Assembly (NCBI GenBank): GCA_021810565.1
Contig: JAJZIM010000003.1
Location: forward strand, 8,911 to 72,910
Direction: 5' to 3'
DNA: 64,000 nucleotides
Source: Bacillota bacterium
GTDB taxonomy: Bacteria; Bacillota; Sulfobacillia; JAJZIM01
Below, in pieces: positions 38,514 through 47,971 of the stretch. Position numbers and translations under genes: made by a program. Position 1 is the first letter of the stretch. Every line of letters starts with the position of its first letter. The notes beneath the pieces are model-generated. The model saw only the letters and a program-made list of their open reading frames with translations, was not told the origin of the DNA and ran no database searches.

Positions 38514-39983
38514 TTGCGCAGGAAGCGCTGGTGGACGGTCCCGACGGCTCTGGTGTTGGTGGTCCTCCTGAGCGGTCTGGCCCTGGGTCAGGGCACGGTG
38601 CCGGGGTTCGGCGTGGTGCAGCAGGTATACGACGACCTGATGCAGGGGTACGTGGACCACCTGAGCGGGAGCACCCTGGCCCAGGGGGCCATCGACGGCA
38701 TGCTGGCCACCCTGCACGATCCCTTCACCGAGTACCTGTCGCCCCAGGCCTATCAGGGCTTTCAGAACGAGCTTTCCAACCAGTTCGTGGGCATCGGGGT
38801 GGAGCTGGCCCAGGAAAACGGCGCCGTGGTGGTGACCCACGTGTTTCCGAACAGTCCCGCCTCCCAGGCGGGCGTTCAGCCCCAAGACCGCATCACGGCC
38901 GTGAACGGCGAATCCGTGCAGGGGATGAGCCTGTCCCAGGTGGCCGACCTCATCCGCGGCTCGGCGGGCACACCGGTGACCCTCCAGATCGGCCGGGGCA
39001 CGGTGCAGCTGAGCTTCACCCTGACCCGCTCGTCGGTCACCGTGCCCGAGGCTACCTACCAGCTGCTGCCCGGGAGCATCGGGTACATCCAGCTCTCGGT
39101 GGTGGGCGCCGCCGCGCCGTCTCAGCTGCAATCGGCCCTGAGCGCCCTCCAGGCGCAGGGAGCCCGCGGATACATCCTGGACCTTCGGGGCAACCCCGGG
39201 GGCTACGTCAGCGCCGCGGTGGCCATGGCCCAGGACTTCATTCCGTCGGGCACGGTGGTCAAGCTGGTGGGCCGCGACGGGGTGAGCCAGACCCTCAGCG
39301 CCAGCCAGGGGCGAAGCGTGGGACCCCTGGTGGTGCTGGTGGACGGCGGGACGGCCAGCGCGGCGGAGATCCTGACCGCGGCCTTGGAGGAGGACGTGGG
39401 GGCCACGGTGGTGGGCACCCGCACCTACGGCAAGGGCTCCGCCCAGACGGTGCTGCCCCTCCAAAACGGCGGCGTCCTGAAGATGACCATCGCCAGGTGG
39501 TACACCCCCGACGGCCAGAACGTGAACGGCGTCGGGATCCCGGCCCAGTACGTGGTCACGGGGGACCGGCCGCCCATCGATGTGGCCTTGAACCTGTTGG
39601 GCGTGACCAAGACCTGGTCGGTCGACCTCACGCTGGGATCCACCGCCGGAACGGCGGAGGGCGGCTCCCTAACCCTGCCGGCGGCTCCCTACCTGGCCGA
39701 CGGTCAAGCGTACCTGCCCCTAGCCGCCACGGCTGGGGCCCTGGGAGCCCAGGTGCAGTGGGACGCCACGGCGGGAGCGGTGGTGCTCAAGTTCAAACGC
39801 AGCAAGGCGGTGCTGCCGGTGGGCGGCAGCGCGGGGTTGGTGGACGGCGCCTCGGTGAGCCTGCCGAGCCCGGTGGTGGTGCGCCACGGCATGTCCTTCG
39901 CCCCCCTGGGGGCCTTCCGGGCGGCGCTGGGGGCGACGGTGTCCTTCGATCCCACCACGGGGGTGGTCACCCTCACCGAGTAG
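38514..39983 (+). CDS. ctpA: S41 carboxyl-terminal processing protease with PDZ domain and C-terminal copper-amine-oxidase-N-like stalk domain
   Basis: Signal peptide. PDZ 'ITAVNGESVQGMSLSQVADLIRGSAGTPVTLQI'. 'LDLRGNPGG' and 'VVLVDGGTASAAEIL' catalytic blocks. Confidence 0.85.
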   Translation: MRRKRWWTVPTALVLVVLLSGLALGQGTVPGFGVVQQVYDDLMQGYVDHLSGSTLAQGAIDGMLATLHDPFTEYLSPQAYQGFQNELSNQFVGIGVELAQENGAVVVTHVFPNSPASQAGVQPQDRITAVNGESVQGMSLSQVADLIRGSAGTPVTLQIGRGTVQLSFTLTRSSVTVPEATYQLLPGSIGYIQLSVVGAAAPSQLQSALSALQAQGARGYILDLRGNPGGYVSAAVAMAQDFIPSGTVVKLVGRDGVSQTLSASQGRSVGPLVVLVDGGTASAAEILTAALEEDVGATVVGTRTYGKGSAQTVLPLQNGGVLKMTIARWYTPDGQNVNGVGIPAQYVVTGDRPPIDVALNLLGVTKTWSVDLTLGSTAGTAEGGSLTLPAAPYLADGQAYLPLAATAGALGAQVQWDATAGAVVLKFKRSKAVLPVGGSAGLVDGASVSLPSPVVVRHGMSFAPLGAFRAALGATVSFDPTTGVVTLTE

Positions 39984-40157
39984 GGCCCAAGAGACCGCGG
40001 GGCCGTCCTCGCCGGAGGACGGCCCCGCCCTTGTCTACCCCCAGAAATCCTCGCGCGGAAGCGATTGGATATAGCGCGAGAGGGGCTAGCAAGCACGGGC
40101 GGGGGTGGTCTTGCAGGGAAGCGAGAAAGCCTTTAAAATCTAATCTTTTCGAGAGAG

Positions 40158-41660
40158 GTGATCAAGATGCGCAAAGCGCACCGCAAGCTGGTGGTCCTGT
40201 TGGTGGTGCTGGCCATGGCCCTGAGCTTCGGCGGCAGCGCCCTGGCTTGGCCGGGCGGGCCAGGACCCTTCCCCGGCGGGCCGCAGATCCAGGCGGCAGG
40301 TCAGGTGGGCGGCTTCGTGGACCTGGGGCACGCCTCCTGGGCCAGCCGGTACATCATCGTGCTGAACCTGGAGGGGGTGCTGCACGGGGTCGGGGGCGGG
40401 CGGTTCGAGCCCAACCACCACCTGACCTGGGGCCAGGCCGTAACCATGATCGACCACTACCTGCACGTCAGGCTCACGGTGGGGCCGCCCCCGCCGCTGC
40501 CGCCGGTGCAGCCCCTGGTGTCGTCCGGGCCACCCTACGGGCCGGGAGGAAAGCACCTGCGCAAGCTGGAGCGCAAGGCTGAGAAGGCCTTCGAGCACGA
40601 GTGGTATCGCCACTACGTGAACCAGGCCCTGCGCTACGGCTGGGTGACCAAGGGACACCACTGGAACCAAAACATCGATCGGGCCGACTTCGCCCGGCTG
40701 GTGGTGCGGGCCCTGAAGCTGCCCGCCCTGTCCCAGGCCCAGATCAGCCAGATCCTCTCCGTGTATCCTGACGCCAGCCGCATCCCGGCCAACGGCGACC
40801 GCAACGCGGTGGCCATCCTGACCCAGGCCGGGGTCATCACCGGCTTCCCGAGCGGCAACTTCCGGCCCTTCCATCTGCTGACCCGGGCCCAGGCCGCGGT
40901 CATCCTGGTCAAGGCCCAGAAGCTGGAGGGCAACCAGACCGGCCAGGGCAACGTGCTCCACGGCACGGTGACCGCCGTCTCCACGGTGGCCGGAGCCACC
41001 TACCAGGGCACCGTGACGGTGCAGCTGAACGCCGGGGCCGCCCAGACCTACAACGTGGACAGCAACGCCGCCATCTTCGTGAACGGCCAGGCGTCCACCC
41101 TGTCGGCGGTGCCCACGGGGGACCAGGTGACCTTGTTCCTGGATCCCAGCGGCAACGTGGCCTATCTCAGCGCCACGGCGGCGCCCGCGGCACCGCTGCA
41201 AAGCGAAGGCGTCGTGGTGCAGACCGTGTACGCCGGCACCACGGGCAACCAAGTGCAGATCTTCAACCCGTCCACGGGGGTGACCACGGCGACCCTGTCC
41301 GCCACGGTGGTGGTGAGTCAGGGGAACAACTTCCTGAGCCCCTCCCAGATCGGGGTGGGGGATAAGGTGCACCTGAAGATCAACCAGAGCCTGAACGAGG
41401 TCACCTGGGTGATCATCCAGCAGGCCACCACCGCCTACGCCGGCACGGTGCAGAACGTGACCTCCGGCGGGTTCACCCTGGTGGGCTCCAACGGCACCAA
41501 CTACCCCATCCAGATGGGACCGTGGACCTACATCGAGTCGGGCGGCACCCGGACCACCTCCGCCAGCCTCACCGACGGCACCGCCGTCAGCGTCGACGGC
41601 TGGAACATCGGCGGGACGGGGAACCCGCAGATCCACGCCTCGGTGATCCAGATCGGCTAG
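40158..41660 (+). CDS. SLH-domain cell-surface protein
   Basis: Signal peptide 'VLAMALSFGGSALA'. SLH-like 'FVDLGHASWASRYIIVLNLEGVLHGVGGGRFEPNHHLTWGQAVTMI'. Thr/Gly-rich beta repeats. Confidence 0.7.
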   Translation: MIKMRKAHRKLVVLLVVLAMALSFGGSALAWPGGPGPFPGGPQIQAAGQVGGFVDLGHASWASRYIIVLNLEGVLHGVGGGRFEPNHHLTWGQAVTMIDHYLHVRLTVGPPPPLPPVQPLVSSGPPYGPGGKHLRKLERKAEKAFEHEWYRHYVNQALRYGWVTKGHHWNQNIDRADFARLVVRALKLPALSQAQISQILSVYPDASRIPANGDRNAVAILTQAGVITGFPSGNFRPFHLLTRAQAAVILVKAQKLEGNQTGQGNVLHGTVTAVSTVAGATYQGTVTVQLNAGAAQTYNVDSNAAIFVNGQASTLSAVPTGDQVTLFLDPSGNVAYLSATAAPAAPLQSEGVVVQTVYAGTTGNQVQIFNPSTGVTTATLSATVVVSQGNNFLSPSQIGVGDKVHLKINQSLNEVTWVIIQQATTAYAGTVQNVTSGGFTLVGSNGTNYPIQMGPWTYIESGGTRTTSASLTDGTAVSVDGWNIGGTGNPQIHASVIQIG

Positions 41661-41674
41661 GCTGACCATCGGCA

Positions 41675-41706
41675 GGGAGGGCTTCCGCCAGGAGGCCCTC
41701 CCTTTT
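41675..41706 (+). terminator. intrinsic terminator (GGGAGGGC...GCCCTCCC + TTTT)
   Basis: Hairpin plus T-run after the SLH gene stop. Confidence 0.5.
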
Positions 41707-41744
41707 AGATTCCAGGAGGGGGTGTGGTATAATCGGTTGGGGAG

Positions 41745-42131
41745 GTGGGCGGGTTGAAGAAGGCCTCGCGGCGGTGGATGGACATAGCCGAGGAAGAGCT
41801 GGCGGTCGCGGACAGCCTGCTGGCCGCGGGCCGTTATCTGTACGCCGGGTTCATGGCGCAGCAGGCGGCGGAGAAGGCCCTGAAGGCGGTGCTCCAGGAG
41901 ACGATGCCCGTGCCGCCCAAGATTCATGCGCTGCAGGTGTTGGCAGAGCGCGCAGGCCTGAGTGACAATCGCCTGGTGGAGGAACTCACTGCCTTGTCTG
42001 CATACTATATTGCGACTCGTTATCCTGACCAGCGAGAGGAAATCGGAGCAAGGACCACCAAGGAAGTGGCGCAACGGCTTGTGGGCACGGCCCGGGAGGT
42101 GTCGGCATGGGCGACCAAGCGGCTGAGCTAG
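41745..42131 (+). CDS. HEPN-domain protein
   Basis: 'YLYAGFMAQQAAEKALKAVL' parallels the HEPN at 24687. An extended -10 (TGgTATAAT) lies ~15 nt upstream. Confidence 0.65.
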   Translation: MGGLKKASRRWMDIAEEELAVADSLLAAGRYLYAGFMAQQAAEKALKAVLQETMPVPPKIHALQVLAERAGLSDNRLVEELTALSAYYIATRYPDQREEIGARTTKEVAQRLVGTAREVSAWATKRLS

Positions 42132-42496
42132 AACGCATCGTGAGCACCTTCGTGGCGGCCCTGCGGCAAAAGGTGCGGCTGGAACGCGTGCTGCTCTTCG
42201 GCTCCCATGCCCGCGGCGAGGCCACGGTGGACAGCGACGTGGATCTCTTGGTGATCTCCCCCGACTTGGGCCGGGACATACTGAAGGACTGGATGGTCAT
42301 GCAGCGCTGCCTGCCGCCCCGGGACGTGGATGTGGACACCTTCGCCTATGCGCCGGAAGCCTTGATCGATCCCGACCCGGACAGCCTGCTGGCGGCGGCC
42401 CTGCGGGAAGGCAAGGTGGTGTATGCCGCGGGGGAAGGGGAGGAAGCCGGGGAGCCGGGTGCCGACCCGCCCACGGTCCTCGAGCGCCACGGATAG
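42107..42496 (+). CDS. nucleotidyltransferase-domain protein (MNT-type)
   Basis: 'VLLFGSHARGEATVDSDVDLLVI'. Confidence 0.75.
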   Translation: MGDQAAELERIVSTFVAALRQKVRLERVLLFGSHARGEATVDSDVDLLVISPDLGRDILKDWMVMQRCLPPRDVDVDTFAYAPEALIDPDPDSLLAAALREGKVVYAAGEGEEAGEPGADPPTVLERHG

Positions 42497-42623
42497 GGCC
42501 GGCGACGGCGATCAAGAACCGGGGCTTTCCGCTCAGGCCTGGGCGGGATGCCCCTTTTTTTGGGGAGGCCGCGCCCGGGGACGACCCGGGCGGCCCCTGG
42601 ATCCGAGGGTGGACACGAAACGG

Positions 42624-42652
42624 TTGACACAAAAAAAACACTGAGGTAAAAT
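42624..42652 (+). promoter_or_regulatory. sigma-A promoter (TTGACA - 17 nt - TAAAAT) upstream of the ATPase gene
   Basis: Read directly in the sequence. Confidence 0.55.
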
Positions 42653-42708
42653 GTCCGTTGCAAGCGTGCGGTTTGTTTCAGTTGTTCCAAGAGGGGGCGG
42701 TGGTGTCT

Positions 42709-43851
42709 ATGGTCAACCCGTTCAATCCCTACTATCCGGCGGAGGCGGCATTTTTCGCCAACCGGCGGCGGGAACAGGAATGGTTCAGGCGTGGGCTGCT
42801 GCCGAGCCTGCGTCCGGAAAGTGCGGGACCCTGGAACGCGGCTATTTTGGGCCCGTGGGGCATCGGCAAGAGCAGCCTGGTTCGTAGGCTCAGGGAATTG
42901 GCCCGGGAGACGGAGGTTCCGCCGGGGGTGGTGGTCGTCGGCTGCACCACGGGCTACGGCTCCCTGCTGGGGTTCACCCGCTCGCTCATAGGGAGCATGA
43001 AGGAGGAGATGTTGAGCCTGGCCGGTTGGTCGGAAGCCGTTCGCACCGAGTTGGAGCGTTGGTCGGTGCAGATCCAGCTACCGGGGGTGGCGCTGCGCCG
43101 GGGACAGCGTCAGGCTCCCGAGGAAGCGGCCAACGTGGCGGAGCTGCTTCGCTCCACCCTGCGGCGTTACTGGGAGCAAATCCTGGAGCCGGCCGGAAAG
43201 ACCCTGCTGTTCGTTTTGGATGACGCGGACCTCTTGCAGGTCATGGATCCAAACGCCTTGATGATCTTGCGGGCGGTGTTCCAGGATCTGCATATGTATC
43301 GGGCTCGCTATGGTTTGGTCATCACCGGTCCCTCGAACCTGTTCGGCGAGGTCAGGGAGGTGGCGGAGCCGGTCACCCGATTTTTCGAGCACCTGCCTTT
43401 GCGGGAGTTCGACCTGGACGACACCACCGATGCCGTAAGACACCCACTGCAGCAGGTTCATGCCCCTATCCGGGTATCCGACGAGGCGGTGGGCTGGGTG
43501 TGGGAACAAAGCCATGGCCATCCCTATTTTGTTGCTTTCATCATGCGCGATGTAGTGGATGAGGCCATGAAACAAAAATGGGATCGGATCGATATTGAGC
43601 ATTTACAAAAATGCTGGCCATATGTGAGTGCGCATCTGGAAACCGAGAAATTTCTGGCAGAATGGACTTATGCCACCCCGGCAGAGCGGCAAATTCTCCA
43701 AGCTCTAGCCACAGGCAAGCACATCGGAGAAGGAAAAAGCGCACTGATGTCCAGGCTGGTGAGAAAAAACCTAATATATCGAATAGAGCGCGGACAATAC
43801 GCTATTTACCATCCATTATTTGCAGAATTCGTGAGAAATCAAGCCGAATAG
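42709..43851 (+). CDS. AAA ATPase (archaeal-ATPase/AAA_16-like P-loop NTPase) with C-terminal winged-helix-like domain
   Basis: Walker A 'ILGPWGIGKSSL', Walker B 'LLFVLDDADLL'. The last ~100 codons are AT-rich. Confidence 0.65.
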   Translation: MVNPFNPYYPAEAAFFANRRREQEWFRRGLLPSLRPESAGPWNAAILGPWGIGKSSLVRRLRELARETEVPPGVVVVGCTTGYGSLLGFTRSLIGSMKEEMLSLAGWSEAVRTELERWSVQIQLPGVALRRGQRQAPEEAANVAELLRSTLRRYWEQILEPAGKTLLFVLDDADLLQVMDPNALMILRAVFQDLHMYRARYGLVITGPSNLFGEVREVAEPVTRFFEHLPLREFDLDDTTDAVRHPLQQVHAPIRVSDEAVGWVWEQSHGHPYFVAFIMRDVVDEAMKQKWDRIDIEHLQKCWPYVSAHLETEKFLAEWTYATPAERQILQALATGKHIGEGKSALMSRLVRKNLIYRIERGQYAIYHPLFAEFVRNQAE

Positions 43852-43974
43852 CTGAAGACGGCCTTGGAGTGCCCGCCGCCGGCGGCGCAGCGGCCTTCCT
43901 GGCCCCACGAAGTGCGGCCACGGGACGCGACGATGTCCGGGGGGGTGTGACCCGGGGGGAAATGCCGCTAGGGC

Positions 43975-44480
43975 ATGAGGGATGACCACCAACAGCATGA
44001 AGGTAAGATCACCGGAGCGCCCTTCGCCTATCTGCCGGTAACGGGGCTGACCGGCTTGGGGAAGGTGGGCAAGAGTGCCTTGGGACGATCTCAGTCCGAG
44101 TCGCGGGGTCGGCGTCGTGCCACCCCGGATGCCGTCGCCCGGTTGGAGGCTACCCGTGCCGATCCGGAGGGTTCCCTGGCCGGCCGAGCGGTGTACTCCA
44201 TCCTGCATCCCTTCAGCCGCCGGAAGGTGTCGGGGGCGTTGAACGGCGAACCATTCATGCGGCACCTCTTCCGCGGCGGCCACTTCCGGCCGCCTCAGAG
44301 GCCGTCCGACCGGCGGAAGCCCGGGAAGGTGCCGCGGGGGGACGTCCTTGGTCTGCCTGGGGGAGGTAGCCGATCCCGCCATCTGGCGCCAGGGCGGGGC
44401 CAAACTCGGTGAGCAGGTCGGACCAAAATTGCCATCGCATGCGGCTTTTCCTCTCGGGGTCCGCGGCGGCGGTTCCCGCA
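43975..44480 (+). pseudogene. internally deleted, frameshifted copy of the AAA_14/DUF4143 ATPase (paralog of 48208..49434)
   Basis: 'VTGLTGLGKVGKS...EATRADPEGSLAGRAVYSILHPFSRRKVSGALNGEPFMRHLF' matches 'VALTGMRQVGKST...EAARADPEGFLAGR[~55 aa]SLAGRAVYFTLRPFSRREVSGALNGEPFIRRFF'. Next frame 'VCLGEVADPAIW'. Confidence 0.6.
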
Positions 44481-44643
44481 CCGCCTCGGCTCTGGGCGGG
44501 GCAAGCAGCGGAGGGAGGGCAAGCGTCGGTACCCGGCCACCTCGAAATGGCGATCCAGGGAGAGGGCTTTGCTGATGCCCTGCTCCTGCATCACCACCAA
44601 GGAGATAGCGTCGGCCAAGGAGAAGTCCTGGTCCCGATAACGG

Positions 44644-44922
44644 TTATAGAAGCTCCCAGGCCTGGTCCCAACGGCGGCGATCGGTGAACCGCAATTCCAA
44701 CCGGGGGGAGGCCAACAAGCGCCTCCACCACTGATTCACTTTCAGGACGGACCAACTGACGCGCAATAGGATCTGGGTTTCCGCCAGCACCATGTCGGTG
44801 GTGACCAAGGCTCCATAGTCGGCGGCGGCCATACGGAACGAAGCTGCCACCGCCTCATGATGGAGCTCGTCGGTAAAACTCCGGGCGATCCAAGCGGAGG
44901 TATCGATGAAGAGCCTTCTCAA
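44644..44922 (-). CDS. PIN-domain toxin (VapC-like), short/possibly degraded
   Basis: 'LFIDTSAWIA...GALVTTDMVLAETQ'. Only 92 aa. Confidence 0.5.
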   Translation of the reverse strand: MRRLFIDTSAWIARSFTDELHHEAVAASFRMAAADYGALVTTDMVLAETQILLRVSWSVLKVNQWWRRLLASPRLELRFTDRRRWDQAWELL

Positions 44923-45182
44923 CGAATGCCCCGACCGACCAGAAGCTGGAGGTAGCGGTCGTGGCGGTCGGCGGCATCGGTCTTGACGCCAGTGCCCATT
45001 CCGATGATCTGCAACAGCGGATCTTCATCCGGGGGTACGGACTGGAGCAAGGCGTCGGTCAGGATCGACCGAACCAGCTCGGATCGGCTCAAACGGCGCT
45101 GCTCGGCGACTTGGGCCAGCCTGATCGCCAAGGGGCGATCCAGATAGACCTGCAGCGGCACCCGTGCCTTGGTGGCGCTCAT
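44919..45182 (-). CDS. VapB-type antitoxin (RHH/SpoVT-AbrB-like)
   Basis: 'VPLQVYLDRPLAIRLAQVAEQRRLSRSELVRSIL'. Overlaps the PIN gene by 4 nt. Confidence 0.55.
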   Translation of the reverse strand: MSATKARVPLQVYLDRPLAIRLAQVAEQRRLSRSELVRSILTDALLQSVPPDEDPLLQIIGMGTGVKTDAADRHDRYLQLLVGRGIR

Positions 45183-45382
45183 GCCACCCCCCCCTCCCGA
45201 GGCAATGTTCATGAACATCGTGCATGATAACGGGGCGATCGTCAAGCTCCGCCTCTCCCCTGGCGCCAGCGGGCGAGCCGTATTCCCGAAGGAAATCAGG
45301 TTACCGGAAGCCTGCCGCGGGCGGACCGTAAAGCAAATAAAGGGGAAGCTTCCGGGCGCCACGACCAAGATCGGAGGGGATT

Positions 45383-45760
45383 TTGGTGCCAGACGACCGT
45401 GAGGTGTTGGCCTTTCGCCTGGGCGAGGGCCGCGTGGGTCTGACGGTGCGGGCACTGCGGGCGGGCGGCGACTGGGTGGTGGTGGTAACCGGGGGGGACG
45501 TCCCCCACGTGGGCGCCCTGGCCCTGGCCGCCCCGGGGGAGCCGCCCCGGGTGCTGGGCCGCCCCGGCCATCGAGAGGCGGAGCCGGCCGTGCCCCTGGC
45601 GGGGGAGCTGGCCGCCCTGCTGGGCGCGGCCGTGGCGGTGGCCGTGGGGGTGCACCTGGACGCCATTACCCCCTCCGAGCTGCAGGAGGTGGTGGCCTTG
45701 CTGGAAGACGTGCCGGGGGAGTTGGCCGAGCGCCTGGGCCGGGGCGGACGGCGGCAATGA
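45383..45760 (+). CDS. hypothetical protein; its 3' end is part of a segmental duplication
   Basis: ORF with Gly/Ala/Val-rich sequence. The C-terminal 'GVHLDAITPSELQEVVALLEDVPGELAERLGRGG' recurs at 47972-48100. Confidence 0.35.
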   Translation: MVPDDREVLAFRLGEGRVGLTVRALRAGGDWVVVVTGGDVPHVGALALAAPGEPPRVLGRPGHREAEPAVPLAGELAALLGAAVAVAVGVHLDAITPSELQEVVALLEDVPGELAERLGRGGRRQ

Positions 45761-45970
45761 GCCACTTCCTCCCCGGGCGCTGGCAGCATACCGCAGCGGC
45801 CAGGGAGGAGGTCCCGAGCATAGAGGCTCCGGCGAAGCTTTCCTTCCCGAATTTGGAGCAGCCGCACCGTCATGCCCCTGAGTATCCGTCAAAACGCCAC
45901 TATCCTACGATGCGTTATGACCAACGGATGACGCGAGCGAGAGATCCCGACATTGGGGGCGATGCTGGTG
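45646..45970 (+). repeat. ~300-bp segmental duplication, copy A (partner 47972..48262)
   Basis: Long stretches of near-identity, e.g. GGGGTGCACCTGGACGCCAT(T/C)ACCCCCTCCGAGCTGCAGGAGGTGGTGGCCTTGCTGG and ...GTCAAAA(C/T)GCCACTAT...GCGTTATGACCAA. Confidence 0.7.
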
Positions 45971-46303
45971 AAGCGCCTGGGCAAGTTCTGGCTGAGGGTG
46001 GCCGAGGAGGAGACCGGGCTTGTGCTCTTTGGCCGGAAACACCGGCGCAAGGGCGAGCCCCATCCCCACCACTTCGGCTTCCTGGGCTTGCGCCACTACC
46101 TGGGAACGGGCCGGAAGGGCCGCATGGCCTTCATCCGGATACCGAGCTCCAAAGGCGTGGCGAAGTTCCTGGCGGAAACGAAGGAGGGGCTGCAAGAGCA
46201 CTGGCACGACCGGCCGCAGGAGCAGCGGCAGGCCGTGGCTTCTACGAGTATTTCTCTCCATAGTTTGCCATCTACAAATGGAGAATGGTGCGCCGCGAGG
46301 TGA
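45953..46303 (+). pseudogene. group II intron-type reverse transcriptase fragment (RT domain 7 / thumb region only)
   Basis: 'HHFGFLGLRHYLGTGRKGRMAFIRIPSSKGVAKFLAETKEGL' resembles the F-x-F-L-G-[FY] RT motif 7 followed by the K..I.PS.K.V..FL thumb start. No YADD block upstream. Confidence 0.4.
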
Positions 46304-46861
46304 CGAAACATTGGTTCTGGACACTCAGGCGCCGCAGCCAAACCGCCGACCGCCCCGGGGCGAAATGGGCGCGCAGGCCGCGGTTCAGACCGCCCGAGCC
46401 GACACTGCTGCACCGTGGGGGGTAAGCGGCCGGGGAGGGATCGGAAGCCCGGTGCGGGAAATCCGCACGCCGGGTGCTGGCGGGGGGTGCGGCACAACGT
46501 GACTCCGCCGGCTCACCAAGGACACCGGCCCCGAAGGGACGGAAACAGAGACTGGTGCCATGGCTCCGGTGCCGAGGCCATGCTCCACCTGCAGGAGGAT
46601 GGCCTCAAAGCCGTGCAGTTACCGGCGTCGTCGACATCCTGCTCATGATGACCAGGAAACCACCGCTAGGATACGCATCCCGCGGATCCGGGTCCTCTCC
46701 GGTCTCCCGCCGGCGGACGTGGGGCGGGCAGTCCACGCGGGAAACCGGCCGGCTGCGGTTAGGAGCAAGGCGTCGCCTGCCGGAGGGATCACGCACGCCG
46801 CAGAAACCGAACTTGCAACGCACTCCGGAAAGGTACCGGAGTGCTATGATATTCTTCGCCA

Positions 46862-47413
46862 TCAGCGCCCTTTCGGATCAAGCCGGTGCCGCCGACTTGT
46901 GCGCCCCGCCGGCCGTGCAGCGGCATGCACCGCCAGCAAGAAGGTGCGGAATCGTTCCAGATCTTGGTGCAAGGCCGCCATGCAGTCCGGGATCGAGCCC
47001 GTCACGTCGGCCATCTTCCGCCATTCTAACCGTTCTTGATAGGCGTGGACTAAGCGATGGCGGAAGGAGCGCATCTGATCCAGGTGATAGAAGGTCTCCT
47101 CCGAAATCACCGGCGGGCGAACATCGGGCAATTCGACGGCCATCTGGCGCAGCAGGGAGATGTGCGACTGTTCCCCCGTGGGCAGGGAGTGGTCCACCAC
47201 CCGGGCGATGCGCGACAGTGCGTCTTCCACGCATACGTAGAAGTGCAGGGCATTCAAAGCGATGTGCGACACCATCTCCTCGGGGACATTTTGCGGGGTG
47301 ATCTTACGGGTGCTTTCCACCACCAGATCCGCCGAGTGCTGCGCCGCGCGCTCGATAAAGGTCAGTTCCTGGGCCAATGCCCGGAACTCATCGGTTTCCG
47401 GCAAGCAGCACAC
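46862..47413 (-). CDS. HepT-like HEPN toxin (R-x4-HxY motif)
   Basis: 'RSFRHRLVHAYQE' is an Rx4-6H HEPN RNase motif. Overlaps the upstream MNT gene. Confidence 0.6.
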   Translation of the reverse strand: MCCLPETDEFRALAQELTFIERAAQHSADLVVESTRKITPQNVPEEMVSHIALNALHFYVCVEDALSRIARVVDHSLPTGEQSHISLLRQMAVELPDVRPPVISEETFYHLDQMRSFRHRLVHAYQERLEWRKMADVTGSIPDCMAALHQDLERFRTFLLAVHAAARPAGRTSRRHRLDPKGR

Positions 47414-47798
47414 CTTCTTCCTCCACCCGCTGCCTCAGGAGATCCGGGCAGTGCTCCAGGGTCAAAAGATCCACCGCGAATTCCGGGGCCGCGAAGCCGG
47501 TGATACGGGCGGTGGCGGCCAACTCGCGTTCCGGCGGGATACCTTCGGCGGCCAAGTCGATGTCCGAATGCAGGTCATAGTGATGGCCGGTGGCCGTGGA
47601 CCCGAAAAGAAAGACGGTGCGGGCGCCGAATTCCTTTTGCAACAAGGCGGCCAGCCGCAGGGCCATGGCCTTGGCCCTGCGGCGGTGTCGCCGGATCGCG
47701 GCTCGCTCCTGTTGCGCCCGCCGCCGCCACGCATCAAGGTAGGTTTGCAGTTTGGGGTCCACCTTCGTTAGGCGTCCTTCCTCCGGCTGGTTCGGCAT
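47388..47798 (-). CDS. nucleotidyltransferase (MNT-type antitoxin)
   Basis: 'VFLFGSTATGHHYDLHSDIDLAA'. Confidence 0.75.
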   Translation of the reverse strand: MPNQPEEGRLTKVDPKLQTYLDAWRRRAQQERAAIRRHRRRAKAMALRLAALLQKEFGARTVFLFGSTATGHHYDLHSDIDLAAEGIPPERELAATARITGFAAPEFAVDLLTLEHCPDLLRQRVEEEGVLLAGNR

Positions 47799-47971
47799 GC
47801 ATACCGCATCCTTTCCGAAGCCATTCTACCAGGTACCTCGGTCGATCCGCAACTGGGGATGCCATGGAGCACGGCTGGGCAGGTGCGGGCGGCGGATGGA
47901 TGCTCCCGGGACGCTCCGCCGGGAAGGTGCTGCGGAGCGGAATCCCCCGGAGATGGTTTGCGGGGGCAGGG

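Noticed and set aside
42540-42575. CCCC-TTTTTTT-GGGG element after the MNT gene as an intrinsic terminator
   Set aside because: The T-run is in the loop rather than 3' of the stem, so it is not a canonical terminator. It may still form a weak hairpin.
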